A DNA stretch of 64,000 nt from assembly GCA_964433615.1 (NCBI GenBank), contig CAYSRZ010000001.1, forward strand, positions 1,366-65,365, given 5' to 3'. Under the pieces are notes generated by a model. That model searched no databases. It was not told where the DNA came from and saw only the letters and a list, made by a program, of their open reading frames with translations. Positions 29,867-39,419 of the stretch are shown here, in pieces. Made by a program: the position numbers and the translations under genes. The DNA is from an uncultured Acidimicrobium sp. (GTDB lineage Bacteria > Actinomycetota > Acidimicrobiia > Acidimicrobiales > Ilumatobacteraceae). Position 1 is the first letter of the stretch. The number at the start of each line of letters is the position of its first letter.

Positions 29867-30804
29867 TCGCCCCTATCCAAACGCGGGTCGGTCGCGTCAC
29901 GAAGTGCGTCTCCGATGAAATTGATGCACAGGGCGATGACGACGAGTGCCGTGCACGGAAAGACCGCAATCCACCAGTAACCGGTCTGGACGGCTCCCTT
30001 TGCCGCACCAACCAAAACTCCGAGCGAGGTCGATCCGTCACCTGCCTGCGGACCATACCCGAAGAACGCCAGCGTCGACTCTGCGATGATCGAGCCGACG
30101 ACGGAGAAGGTCAAGGCCACCATGATCGGACCCACCGAGTTGGGGAGCAGATGTCGCATGATGATGTATCGACGGGAAGCTCCAACGGCACGAGCCGCTT
30201 CGATGAATTCACGCTCCTTGAGCGCGAGGACCTGCCCGCGTACGACGCGCGCCACACCCATCCATCCGAACAGTGCGAGCAAGAACACGATGAACCGGAT
30301 TGAGCTCTTGTCCCCGATTATCGCGGTCAGCCATGACACCGCACCGATCGTGTTGCGCACGACCAGGAGCGCCACGAGGAACGGGAACGCGAGGAACAGG
30401 TCGGTCACGCGCATCACGATGTCGTCGAACCGGCCTCCACGGAATCCAGCTACCGCACCGATGACGCAGCCGAGAGCAACGGAAATGATGGCACTAAAGA
30501 AACCGATGACCAGCGATACGCGGATTCCGTAGATCAGTCGGCTGTACAGGTCACGTCCGATGTCGTCTGTTCCGAGCCAGGCGATCGACTGGGGTGGCAG
30601 GAATGTGTTCGGCGGCTTGCGAACGGATTGGTTCACGCCATAGCGGGCCGTGAGGGGCGACAACACGACGAAGAGCACGAGGATGGCGATGATGATCGTG
30701 CACACCACGGCAGCCTTGTGTGACACGAAGCGCTGGAACGCCATCCTGCGCGGCGAAATACTCTGCGGCTCAGTCAAGGCGGATCCTCGGATCGAGATAG
30801 GCAT
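29863..30804 (-). CDS. Peptide/nickel ABC importer permease (OppC/DppC type)
   Basis: BPD-transporter permease. The EAA-type loop has the sequence EFIEAARAVGAS. An alternative start at ATG 30744 would remove the 35-nt overlap with the upstream permease. Confidence 0.85.
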   Translation of the reverse strand: MPISIRGSALTEPQSISPRRMAFQRFVSHKAAVVCTIIIAILVLFVVLSPLTARYGVNQSVRKPPNTFLPPQSIAWLGTDDIGRDLYSRLIYGIRVSLVIGFFSAIISVALGCVIGAVAGFRGGRFDDIVMRVTDLFLAFPFLVALLVVRNTIGAVSWLTAIIGDKSSIRFIVFLLALFGWMGVARVVRGQVLALKEREFIEAARAVGASRRYIIMRHLLPNSVGPIMVALTFSVVGSIIAESTLAFFGYGPQAGDGSTSLGVLVGAAKGAVQTGYWWIAVFPCTALVVIALCINFIGDALRDATDPRLDRGE

Positions 30805-31744
30805 ACGAGACGTCAGCCAAGAGGTTGAAGACGAGCACCGACGCCACGACCAGCACCATCCATGGCATCAAGAGCGGGAAGTCGCCCTGGTCGAAGGCCC
30901 TCAGGAAGTACCTGCCCATGCCCGGGTAGTCGAAGATGTTCTCCGTGATGATGAGGCCACCGATGATCGACCCGACGTCGATTGCGGCGATGGTCACGAC
31001 CGGGATGAGCGCGTTGCGCACACCGTGGCGGAACAGGACCCTGCGCTCACTGATCCCCTTAGAGCGGGCGGTTCGCATGTAGTCGCTGTTCAGGACGTCG
31101 AGGAGCGATGAGCGCATGTAGCGGCTATAGGTCGCGATCACTTGAATTGCCACGACGATCGTCGGCAACGCCATGTGCTTGAGCATGAGCAACGGGTCGA
31201 AGCCCGTGTGACCGGGCGGATAAACGCCGGACGTTGGAAACAGACTGGATCCGAACCAACGGGTCCAATACACGGCGAACAGCAGCTGCAACAGGATCGC
31301 AGAGATGTACGGCGGCACGGAGATTCCGACGAAGGCCGCGGTGTTCACCGTGACGTCGCGCTTGCCACCAGGCTTGAGAGCCGCGAAGATCCCGACGAAG
31401 AGGCCGATGCTGATGCCCACGAGGCTGGCGAGCGTCCCCAGACGAATCGTGTTGGCCATTGCGTCTTTCAGCGCAGGGAACACCTCCCTGCTGCCCTTGA
31501 TCGATCGCGGCCAGTTGAACGTGACGAAGTTCTTGAGCCAATTGAGATAACCGAGTACGTAATTGTCGGACAAGCCGTTCAGCTCCTTGTACTGCTGGAG
31601 CTTGGCTCGGGTCGCGCGGGGATTGATGCGCTTGTAACTTTCGAGAGGATCGGTGCCCAGACGGAGGGCCATGTAGACGAGGAAGGTCACGAGGAGCAGC
31701 GTGGGGATCGCCCACACCAATCGCCGCGCTACGAAGCGCAACAT
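30770..31744 (-). CDS. Peptide/nickel ABC importer permease (OppB/DppB type)
   Basis: MLRFVARRLVWAIPTLLLVTFLVY start, DYMRTARSKGISE loop. GGGGGAG Shine-Dalgarno just upstream of ATG 31744. Confidence 0.9.
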   Translation of the reverse strand: MLRFVARRLVWAIPTLLLVTFLVYMALRLGTDPLESYKRINPRATRAKLQQYKELNGLSDNYVLGYLNWLKNFVTFNWPRSIKGSREVFPALKDAMANTIRLGTLASLVGISIGLFVGIFAALKPGGKRDVTVNTAAFVGISVPPYISAILLQLLFAVYWTRWFGSSLFPTSGVYPPGHTGFDPLLMLKHMALPTIVVAIQVIATYSRYMRSSLLDVLNSDYMRTARSKGISERRVLFRHGVRNALIPVVTIAAIDVGSIIGGLIITENIFDYPGMGRYFLRAFDQGDFPLLMPWMVLVVASVLVFNLLADVSYAYLDPRIRLD

Positions 31745-31900
31745 CCGTCTCCCCCGATCACGAGAACTCCCCCAACTCTTCTATTGTTCCGCGCCTACAA
31801 GACGCAAACACTTGCCATTTGCGCAGACGGTGCGCGAGCGATGTCTTGCGACACCACCCGCGCACCGTACGTGCGTACTACTGAATTACCCAGCGTGGGT

Positions 31901-33622
31901 CTAGAGCACCTCGACCGTTGCTTCGCCGGCCAACAAGTTGGTCACGACGTAGCGTCCGTCATTGGTGGTCGCATACGCGCCCGGCATGAGCGGGAATGCG
32001 GTCGTCCACACCATCCACGAGGAGTTTGCACACTCGGTGATGGGGTTCAGACACTCTGGCCACTGCTCAGCACCGATGACAACCTTGCCGTCACCATCAA
32101 CGTCAGTCCACTGGTGGAAGTTGATGAACGCGGTGTAGTTGTTCAGCTCGGCATCGAGCGGACCGCCGACCTTGTCCGTGCGCCAGAAGCCCGACTTCGG
32201 GAACTGGAACAACGGCAGGAGGACGTGATCCTGGGCCATCAGCTGGAGGACCTGCTTGATGTTCGCTGCGCGAACGGCCGGATCGACCTCGACATCAGAG
32301 GCGTGGAGCAAGTCCGAAGCTTCGGGATTGCACCAACCCTGGGTGTTCTGGCCGACGTTGCCGTTGGCCTCGGTCGGGATCAGGTCACAGGCGAACGACG
32401 AGGTCAGGTACGCAGGATCCGGCGGTGCGGTCGAGATGTACATGGCCATGTCGTAGTCGAGGGCTGGGAGCCGCTGCTGGAAGTAGCAAGCCGCGTCACA
32501 GTTGTCTGCGACCACGTTGAATCCGGCTGCCTGCAGCAACGGAATCAAGAATGCCTGCGTGTTCTCGCGACGGGTGTTGCCCGTGTTGATGATCCAACGG
32601 ATCTTCGGTGCTTCAGCACCATCCTTGGCCCAGAAGCCTTCGGCGTTCTTCTCCCAACCTGCGTCCTCGAGGAGCTTGGCGGCACCTTCTGGGTCGTAGG
32701 AATTGGCGAACTCGTCACCGTTGCAGTACTCGCCCGGCACGATCGGACCACACTGCAGGAGCGTTGCGCTCGCTGCGATGGGGATGTAGATCTGCTGGAA
32801 GACCGCATCACGGTCGATCGACTTGGAGAATGCCTCGCGGAAGGTGTCGTCAGCGAACGGACCGCACTTCTGGTTGAAGTAGAAGGCCTCGTAGTCGCCA
32901 CCGAACTGAACCGAAGAGGAAATGTTGTCCTGGGCTACTGCTTCTTCGATGCCGCCGTAGTACTGCGGGTAGATGAAGTCGACTTCGCCAGCCTTGATCG
33001 ATGCGATCTCGGTGTCGCTGTCTGCCTTTGGCACCATGACAACCTTCTCAGCCACAGCCTTGTCGTCACCCCAGTAGTTCTCGTTCGGGACGAACACTGA
33101 CTGCTCTGGGCTCCACGACTGGAGCTTCATCGCGCGACCCGAGAACGGAATCATGTCGGCGAAGTCGCCGGAGACGTCTGCGGTGTTCTCCACTGCAGCA
33201 GCCTTCAACAACGAACCGAACAGACCCTTCCACGGTGCGTACACAGACTTGAACGTGACGACGACCTGCTTGTCGCTCGTTCCAGCCTCGATGCTCGTGA
33301 TCTGGTCGTAGCCGCTGGTCGAGATCGAACCTGGTGTGTTCAAGCTCGCATCCCACGTGGCCTTGAAGTCGGCAACGGTGATCGGCGAACCATCGTCCCA
33401 CACCGCAGCTTCTGCGATGTCGTACGTCACCTTCATGCCATTGCTGGTTGATTCTGGCTTGGCGTAGTCATAGGAGCGAGTCGCACAAGCATCGAGGCTC
33501 GTGTAGTCGCCGCCATCACTGGCGCCTTCGCCCTCGTCGTCACCGCCACCGCAGGCCGCCACAACCAGTGACAACGCCGCGAAGCCAGCAACAACTCGAG
33601 CGAGTTTGTTGGTTTTCTTCAC
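31901..33622 (-). CDS. ABC importer substrate-binding lipoprotein, family 5 (peptide/nickel)
   Basis: GTG 33622 is preceded by GGGGAGG with 6-nt spacing. Signal peptide with lipobox VVAACGG. Large family-5 SBP body. Confidence 0.85.
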   Translation of the reverse strand: MKKTNKLARVVAGFAALSLVVAACGGGDDEGEGASDGGDYTSLDACATRSYDYAKPESTSNGMKVTYDIAEAAVWDDGSPITVADFKATWDASLNTPGSISTSGYDQITSIEAGTSDKQVVVTFKSVYAPWKGLFGSLLKAAAVENTADVSGDFADMIPFSGRAMKLQSWSPEQSVFVPNENYWGDDKAVAEKVVMVPKADSDTEIASIKAGEVDFIYPQYYGGIEEAVAQDNISSSVQFGGDYEAFYFNQKCGPFADDTFREAFSKSIDRDAVFQQIYIPIAASATLLQCGPIVPGEYCNGDEFANSYDPEGAAKLLEDAGWEKNAEGFWAKDGAEAPKIRWIINTGNTRRENTQAFLIPLLQAAGFNVVADNCDAACYFQQRLPALDYDMAMYISTAPPDPAYLTSSFACDLIPTEANGNVGQNTQGWCNPEASDLLHASDVEVDPAVRAANIKQVLQLMAQDHVLLPLFQFPKSGFWRTDKVGGPLDAELNNYTAFINFHQWTDVDGDGKVVIGAEQWPECLNPITECANSSWMVWTTAFPLMPGAYATTNDGRYVVTNLLAGEATVEVL

Positions 33623-33660
33623 TCTCGACCTCCCCGTCGAATAGGTGGGGGCGAACCCCC

Positions 33661-33687
33661 AAAAGTGTGTGGACATCGGGTCCACAC
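33661..33687 (-). terminator. Intrinsic-terminator-like hairpin downstream of tpiA
   Basis: Minus-strand RNA GUGUGGAC-CCGAU-GUCCACAC (perfect 8-bp stem, 33687-33667) followed by ACUUUU (33666-33661). A second GGGGG-UUCG-CCCCC hairpin follows at 33660-33647. Confidence 0.4.
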
Positions 33688-33745
33688 GTGTGACCAAAGG
33701 CTACCAGTCCCCCGTCACACGCTCGCGTGGAGTCTTAGCGCTAAA

Positions 33746-34528
33746 TCAGTGCGTTCGGTACTGGACGATCCGTGCGAACTCGGCTGGTTCGAGACTCGCG
33801 CCGCCCACCAATGCCCCGTCGATGTCGGGTTGGGCCATGATCTCTGCGATGTTCGAGGCCTTGACGCTCCCGCCATATTGCAATCGCACGGCCTGTGCGG
33901 CCTTGACACCGACGAGTGAAGAAACTTCCGCACGAATCGCCCCGATCACCGCCTGTGCGTCACCCGACGAGGCGGTCATGCCGGTACCGATCGCCCAGAT
34001 CGGCTCGTAGGCGATCACCATCGACGCGACGGCATCAGCCGTCCTACCGTTCAGCGCGGCACGCAACTGACCGAGCACCTTGTCGGCGGTTCGACCCGAC
34101 TGGCGCTCCTCGAGGGTCTCTCCCACGCACAGAATTGGGGTCATCTTGTGCTTCAGGATCGAGGTGATCTTTTGTGCCACTTGCTCGTCGGTCTCACCGA
34201 ACAACTCGCGTCGCTCGCTGTGGCCAACGATGACGTAGCGCACTGCGAGCTTCGAGAGGAACACTGGACTGACCTCCCCCGTGAAAGCACCCTTGTCCTC
34301 CCAGTGACAATGCTGCGCGCCAAGTTCGATCTTCATCTCGTCGGCATCGAGGATCGTTTGGATGCTACGGATGTCGGTGAATGGCGGATGGATCGTCACG
34401 TCGACGGCGGCGTAGTCATCCTTCGTCAACAGGTAAGCAAGCTTCTGCACGGTCTGGATTGCCTCGAAGTGGTTGAGGTTCATCTTCCAGTTGCCGCTGA
34501 TGATCGGCCTACGCAGTTGGTCAGACAC
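33746..34528 (-). CDS. tpiA: Triose-phosphate isomerase
   Basis: SGNWKMN, VGHSERR, IAYEPIWAIGTG. Confidence 0.95.
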   Translation of the reverse strand: MSDQLRRPIISGNWKMNLNHFEAIQTVQKLAYLLTKDDYAAVDVTIHPPFTDIRSIQTILDADEMKIELGAQHCHWEDKGAFTGEVSPVFLSKLAVRYVIVGHSERRELFGETDEQVAQKITSILKHKMTPILCVGETLEERQSGRTADKVLGQLRAALNGRTADAVASMVIAYEPIWAIGTGMTASSGDAQAVIGAIRAEVSSLVGVKAAQAVRLQYGGSVKASNIAEIMAQPDIDGALVGGASLEPAEFARIVQYRTH

Positions 34529-35633
34529 GTGGTGCCCCTCTCAGTGCAGCGAGACCCGGCAAGTCGCCGAGCTCCAGATATTCGAGTGACGCCCCGCCGC
34601 CAGTCGAGACGTGATCGACGTCGTCCTCGCGACCGAACTGGGCGAGCGCAGCGGCACTGTCACCGCCACCAACCACGGTGTACGCCTTGGTGTCCGCGAC
34701 AGCGTCCGCGACGGTGCGGGTGCCGTGGACGAATCGTGGATCCTCGAACATGCCCATCGGACCGTTCCAGAACACGCTTCGTGCATCCATGATCAAGTCC
34801 GTGAACGCCGCGGCCGTACCCGGACCGATGTCGAGTCCCTTCGCGCCGTCGGGAAGGCGCACCCCGAAGGTCGCAACCGTTCCGTCGGCGCCCAGCCCGA
34901 CGAGGTCTTCGGGCAAATGAATCGGCACAGGCCCGGCGAGAAGCTTCTTGCAGTTGTCGATTTGATCTCTCTCACACAGAGAGTCCCCGACCGGGTAGCC
35001 CTGTGCGGCGAGGAAAGTGAAACACATGCCGCCGCCGATGAGGAACGCGTCCACGCGCGTCGACAATGCTTCGATCACCCCGAGCTTGTCGCTCACCTTG
35101 GACCCACCGAGCACCGCAAGGAACGGGCGCTTCGGGTTGTCGCGCAGCGCACCGAGGACTTCCACTTCCTTGTGTAGCAATCGTCCCGCAGCCGACGGCA
35201 ACCTGCTCGGCGGTCCGACGATCGATGCGTGCGCGCGATGTGCGGCCCCGAATGCGTCGTTGACGTACAGGTCGATTCCCTGTATCAACTGATCGACGAA
35301 CGCCGGATCGTTGCCCTCCTCGCCGGGGTGAAAACGGAGGTTCTCGAGCAGCTCGACTCCCGGCGCGAGCTCCGCCAAGATCCTGCGCACCGGTGCCATT
35401 GAGTACTTCGGGTTCGCCTGGCCCTTCGGCCGACCAAGGTGGCTCGCGCACACCACCTGGGCTCCACGAGACGTCAGATACTCGATCGTGGGCAGTGCCG
35501 CCCTGATGCGAAAATCGTCGGTGACGACCCGAGCGTCATCCGGACCCGACATCGGGACGTTGAAGTCGGTGCGCACGAGGACACGGCGTCCAGCAACCTC
35601 TCCGAGGTCTTCGAGCGAGGGAACCGACGCCAC
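34521..35633 (-). CDS. pgk: Phosphoglycerate kinase
   Basis: RVLVRTDFNVP, SHLGRPKG, LENLRFH, GGGDSAAA, STGGGASLE. 370 aa, somewhat shorter than usual. Confidence 0.9.
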   Translation of the reverse strand: MASVPSLEDLGEVAGRRVLVRTDFNVPMSGPDDARVVTDDFRIRAALPTIEYLTSRGAQVVCASHLGRPKGQANPKYSMAPVRRILAELAPGVELLENLRFHPGEEGNDPAFVDQLIQGIDLYVNDAFGAAHRAHASIVGPPSRLPSAAGRLLHKEVEVLGALRDNPKRPFLAVLGGSKVSDKLGVIEALSTRVDAFLIGGGMCFTFLAAQGYPVGDSLCERDQIDNCKKLLAGPVPIHLPEDLVGLGADGTVATFGVRLPDGAKGLDIGPGTAAAFTDLIMDARSVFWNGPMGMFEDPRFVHGTRTVADAVADTKAYTVVGGGDSAAALAQFGREDDVDHVSTGGGASLEYLELGDLPGLAALRGAPRV

Positions 35634-35637
35634 GTGT

Positions 35638-36663
35638 TCAGCGAGTCGCGCGACCGATGAGCGTGGCCAGGTCGACCAAGCGGTTCGAGTAGCCCCACTC
35701 GTTGTCGTACCAGCCGAGCACCTTGACCAGGCTTCCCATGCTCATCGTCAACTCGCTGTCAAAGACGCAACTGTGGGGATTCGTGACGATGTCGCTGGAG
35801 ACGATCGGCGCGTCGGTGTATTCGAGAATCCCCTTCAACTTCCCGCCGGCGGCGGACTTGAACGCCGCGTTGATCTCGTCCTTGGTTGCAGGCTTCTTGA
35901 GCGTGGCGACGAAGTCCGTGATCGAACCCGTCGGCACCGGCACACGCAGCGACGTTCCGTCGAGCCGACCTTTCATCGCCTCCAAGACGAGGCTCGTCGC
36001 TCGTGCTGCGCCCGTGCCGGTCGGCGTGATGTTGATCGCCGCACCTCGAGCGCGACGCAGGTCGCTGTGCGGACCGTCCACCAACTGTTGGTCTCCCGTG
36101 TAGGCGTGCACGGTCGTCATCAAACCCTGGTCTATGCCAAACGCGTCGTCGAGGACCTTGACCATCGGCACGAAGCAATTCGTCGTGCAACTCGCATTCG
36201 ACACGACCTTGTGGACCTTTGGATCGAAGGATTCGTGATTCACTCCGTAGACGAACGTGGCGTCCGCTCCGTTCGACGGTGCCGACACGATCACATGTGG
36301 CGCCCCGGCCTCGAGGTGGGCGGCGGCCTTGTCTCGGTCGGTGAAGAAACCGGTCGACTCGATGACAAGGTCGACTCCGAGGCTCGACCACGGCAGCTCC
36401 TTCGGATCACGCTTTTGCAGAACCGTGATCGTCTTGCCGTCGATGGAGATGCCGTCGTCGGTGGCCGCGATCGTGTTCGGAAGGATCCCGAGAACAGAGT
36501 CGTACTTCAACAGGTGTGCCATCGTCTTCAAGGACCCCAGGTCGTTGACCGCCACGATCTCGATGGGTGCCCCCGAGGCCTGGACGGCGCGGAAGAAGTT
36601 GCGTCCGATGCGTCCGAAGCCGTTGATGCCGACGCGAATGGGTGTGTTGCTCATGGCGCCCAA
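35638..36663 (-). CDS. gap: Type I glyceraldehyde-3-phosphate dehydrogenase
   Basis: INGFGRIGRN, SNASCTTNC, WYDNEWGYS. Alternative start at 36654. Confidence 0.95.
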   Translation of the reverse strand: MGAMSNTPIRVGINGFGRIGRNFFRAVQASGAPIEIVAVNDLGSLKTMAHLLKYDSVLGILPNTIAATDDGISIDGKTITVLQKRDPKELPWSSLGVDLVIESTGFFTDRDKAAAHLEAGAPHVIVSAPSNGADATFVYGVNHESFDPKVHKVVSNASCTTNCFVPMVKVLDDAFGIDQGLMTTVHAYTGDQQLVDGPHSDLRRARGAAINITPTGTGAARATSLVLEAMKGRLDGTSLRVPVPTGSITDFVATLKKPATKDEINAAFKSAAGGKLKGILEYTDAPIVSSDIVTNPHSCVFDSELTMSMGSLVKVLGWYDNEWGYSNRLVDLATLIGRATR

Positions 36664-36694
36664 CGCTAGTCGGCGGACAGAAAGGGTCGAAAAA

Positions 36695-37552
36695 CTACGA
36701 GCGGTGGACGTCGCGATGGGTGACGCGGGGCCGGTAGCCGCTGTTGGTCAACCAACGGGACAATTCTTCGGCGACTGCGACCGAGCGGTGACGGCCTCCC
36801 GTGCACCCGACGGCGACCGTCAAGTAACTCTTGCCTTCCTCACGAAACGCGGGAAGGAGCATCTCCAGCATCGATTCGACCTGAGTGACGAATGACGCAG
36901 CCAACTGCGAGTCGAGCACGTAGGAACGGACCTCCTCGTCGAGTCCGGTCTTTTGTCGCAACTCGTCGATCCAGTGAGGATTGGGCAGGAAGCGAACGTC
37001 GAACACGAAGTCGACGTCGAGCGGGATGCCGTGCTTGTACCCGAAGGACATCACCGACAACTGCAGCACCTCGCGTCCCTCGGAGTCCCAGAACAACTCG
37101 ACGATCTGGTTCTTCAGCTGGTGCACGGTGAGCGACGTGGTGTCGATGACGAGGTCTGCCGCGGCCTTCACGGGCTCCAGCAGGTGACGTTCCCGTTCGA
37201 TCGATCGCTCCACGTTCTCCCCGTCGAGCGCCATCGGATGGCGACGCTTGGACGCCCCGTAGCGACGGATTAGCTCTGGGGTCGCGGCGTCCATGTACAA
37301 GATGCGGACACGGTTGCCGGCAATGCGCAATCGCTCGACACTTCCGATCGCATCGTTCTGGTGCGATGCGACGCCGACGACGAGGGCGAGCCGATTCTGT
37401 GGCGCGCTGGCGGTCTCGGACAATTCCACCACCTTGTCGATGAGCGACACCGGCAGGTTGTCGACGACGAACCAACCGAGGTCCTCGAGGTCGTCGGCGG
37501 CCTGCGAGCGACCCGCGCCCGAGAGGCCCGCGATCACGAGGATGTCGGCCAT
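36695..37552 (-). CDS. rapZ: RNase adapter / nucleotide-binding protein RapZ (YvcJ)
   Basis: GLSGAGRS P-loop, DVRFLPNPHW, CTGGRHRSV. Start at M18 of the ORF. Confidence 0.9.
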   Translation of the reverse strand: MADILVIAGLSGAGRSQAADDLEDLGWFVVDNLPVSLIDKVVELSETASAPQNRLALVVGVASHQNDAIGSVERLRIAGNRVRILYMDAATPELIRRYGASKRRHPMALDGENVERSIERERHLLEPVKAAADLVIDTTSLTVHQLKNQIVELFWDSEGREVLQLSVMSFGYKHGIPLDVDFVFDVRFLPNPHWIDELRQKTGLDEEVRSYVLDSQLAASFVTQVESMLEMLLPAFREEGKSYLTVAVGCTGGRHRSVAVAEELSRWLTNSGYRPRVTHRDVHRS

Positions 37553-37562
37553 GACCCAGACG

Positions 37563-39419
37563 CTAGCGATGCAGCGCGTCGTAGACGCGTTGGCCCACTT
37601 CATCGGGCAACCAGCTGACCGCCTGGAGATCCTCCAACGTGGCCTTCTTCACCGCCGCGAGGGAACCGAAGTGTGCGAGGAGTTTTTCGCGACGGGCGGG
37701 CCCGAGTCCTGCGATCCCCTCGAGACCCGACGCCACCATGCGTTTGCCGCGCAACTTGCGGTGGTAGGAGTTGGCGAAGCGGTGTGCTTCGTCGCGGATC
37801 CGCTGGAGCATGAAGAGTGCCTCACTGCCTCGTTCGATCGCCACGGCATCCTCCCGACCGGGCACGAAGACTTCTTCCAGACGCTTCGCAAGCGCGGCGA
37901 CGGGGATCACGTCTTGTAGTCCGAGTTCGTGGACGACGTCGACGGCCACCGCCAACTGGCCCTTGCCCCCGTCCACCACGATCAACTGTGGCGGATACGA
38001 AAAACGTCGTGGCTTGTCCGACTCTTCTTGCGGTCGGTCACGTTCGGCCAAGTAGGCGGACAATCGTCTGTGCAGGACCTCGCGCATCGCCGCATAGTCG
38101 TCGTTGCCGATCCCGGATTTGATCCGAAAGTGGCGGTATTCGCGAGGCGACGGCATGCCGTCCTCCAGCACCACCATCGACCCCACGTAGTCGGTCCCCT
38201 GGAGGTGTGCCATGTCGTAGCACTCGATGCGCAGCGGTGCCTCGGGAAGCTCGAGCAGGCTCTGCAGCTCCTGGAGCGCCTTGCTTCGACTGTTGTAGTC
38301 ACGCGATCGCTTCATCCGATGGCGCTTCAGCTCGTCGACCGCATTACCGACCACGAGTTCCATGAACTCGCGCTTGTCGCCCCTCTTGACCGGGCGCACC
38401 TCGACGTTGGTTCCCCGGCTTGATCGCAACCATTCCTCGAGCACTGCGAGGTCTTGGACGTCACATGAGGTGACGATGAGCGGTGGGATGCCAAGGGCGG
38501 GAGGTTCGGCGTAGGTGTTCTCGATGATGCGATGCATCATCGACTCTCCTGACAACTCCTCCACCTTGTCCACGATGTACCCATTCCGACCGACGACCCT
38601 GCCGCGGCGCACGTAGAAGTGCTGGACGGAGGCCTCAAGATCGTCCTCGGCGAGACCGATGGCGTCGAACGATTCGGTCGAGTCGCCCACCATCTGCTGG
38701 CGCTCGAGGACCCGCTGGATCGCACCCAGTCGGTCCCTCACTCGGGCCGCCTTTTCGTAGTCGAGCGACTCGGATGCTCGTCTCATCTCTTCGCTCAACT
38801 CTCCGACGACCTCGTCACTGCCGCCGTCGAGGAATCGCAGGAGTCCTTCCACCTGTCGGTCGTAGTCGACCCTGTTCACCGCATTGACGCAAGGACCTGA
38901 ACACTTCTCGATGTGAAAGAGCAGACACGGCCGACCGAGACGCTGATGTTGGACGTACTTCGTGTCGGAACACGTCCGAACGGGGAACGTGCGAACGAGT
39001 TCGTCGAGGGTGTCTCGAATCGCCCATGCATGGGCGAACGGACCGTAGTACTTGGTCCCCTGACGCTTGCGCCCCCTCATCACCGTCGCCCTCGGCCACT
39101 CGTCTCCGACCGTGACGGCGAGGAACGGATAGCTCTTGTCGTCGCGCAAGCGGACGTTGAAGCGCGGGCGATGCTCCTTGATCAAGTTGTACTCGAGCAT
39201 CAATGCTTCGAGCTCGTTGCGCACCTCGATCCACTCGACCGAGGATGCCGCCGCAACCATTGCGGCCGTCCGCGGATGCTGAGTGGTCGGATCGACGAAA
39301 TACGACGAGACCCGTGAGCGCAGGTTCTTGGCCTTGCCGACGTAGATCACTCTGCCGTGTGAGTCCTTGAACTGATACGAGCCCGGCCCGTCGGGTATCG
39401 CGTGTGGTGCCCGATCCAT
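37563..39419 (-). CDS. uvrC: Excinuclease ABC subunit C
   Basis: GIY-YIG region GSYQFKDSHGRVIYVGKAKNLRSRV, UvrBC domain, C-terminal HhH. ATG 39419 overlaps the uvrA stop by 1 nt. Confidence 0.9.
   Translation of the reverse strand: MDRAPHAIPDGPGSYQFKDSHGRVIYVGKAKNLRSRVSSYFVDPTTQHPRTAAMVAAASSVEWIEVRNELEALMLEYNLIKEHRPRFNVRLRDDKSYPFLAVTVGDEWPRATVMRGRKRQGTKYYGPFAHAWAIRDTLDELVRTFPVRTCSDTKYVQHQRLGRPCLLFHIEKCSGPCVNAVNRVDYDRQVEGLLRFLDGGSDEVVGELSEEMRRASESLDYEKAARVRDRLGAIQRVLERQQMVGDSTESFDAIGLAEDDLEASVQHFYVRRGRVVGRNGYIVDKVEELSGESMMHRIIENTYAEPPALGIPPLIVTSCDVQDLAVLEEWLRSSRGTNVEVRPVKRGDKREFMELVVGNAVDELKRHRMKRSRDYNSRSKALQELQSLLELPEAPLRIECYDMAHLQGTDYVGSMVVLEDGMPSPREYRHFRIKSGIGNDDYAAMREVLHRRLSAYLAERDRPQEESDKPRRFSYPPQLIVVDGGKGQLAVAVDVVHELGLQDVIPVAALAKRLEEVFVPGREDAVAIERGSEALFMLQRIRDEAHRFANSYHRKLRGKRMVASGLEGIAGLGPARREKLLAHFGSLAAVKKATLEDLQAVSWLPDEVGQRVYDALHR

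Noticed and set aside
31142-33100. 652-aa plus-strand ORF
   Set aside because: Antisense shadow of the OppB permease and SBP genes. Low-complexity translation with no motifs.
34521-35633. pgk as a truncated gene or pseudogene (370 aa, shorter than typical)
   Set aside because: The frame is intact with all substrate-binding motifs from N- to C-terminus. The shortening looks like a loop deletion after LAELAPGV, not a disruption.
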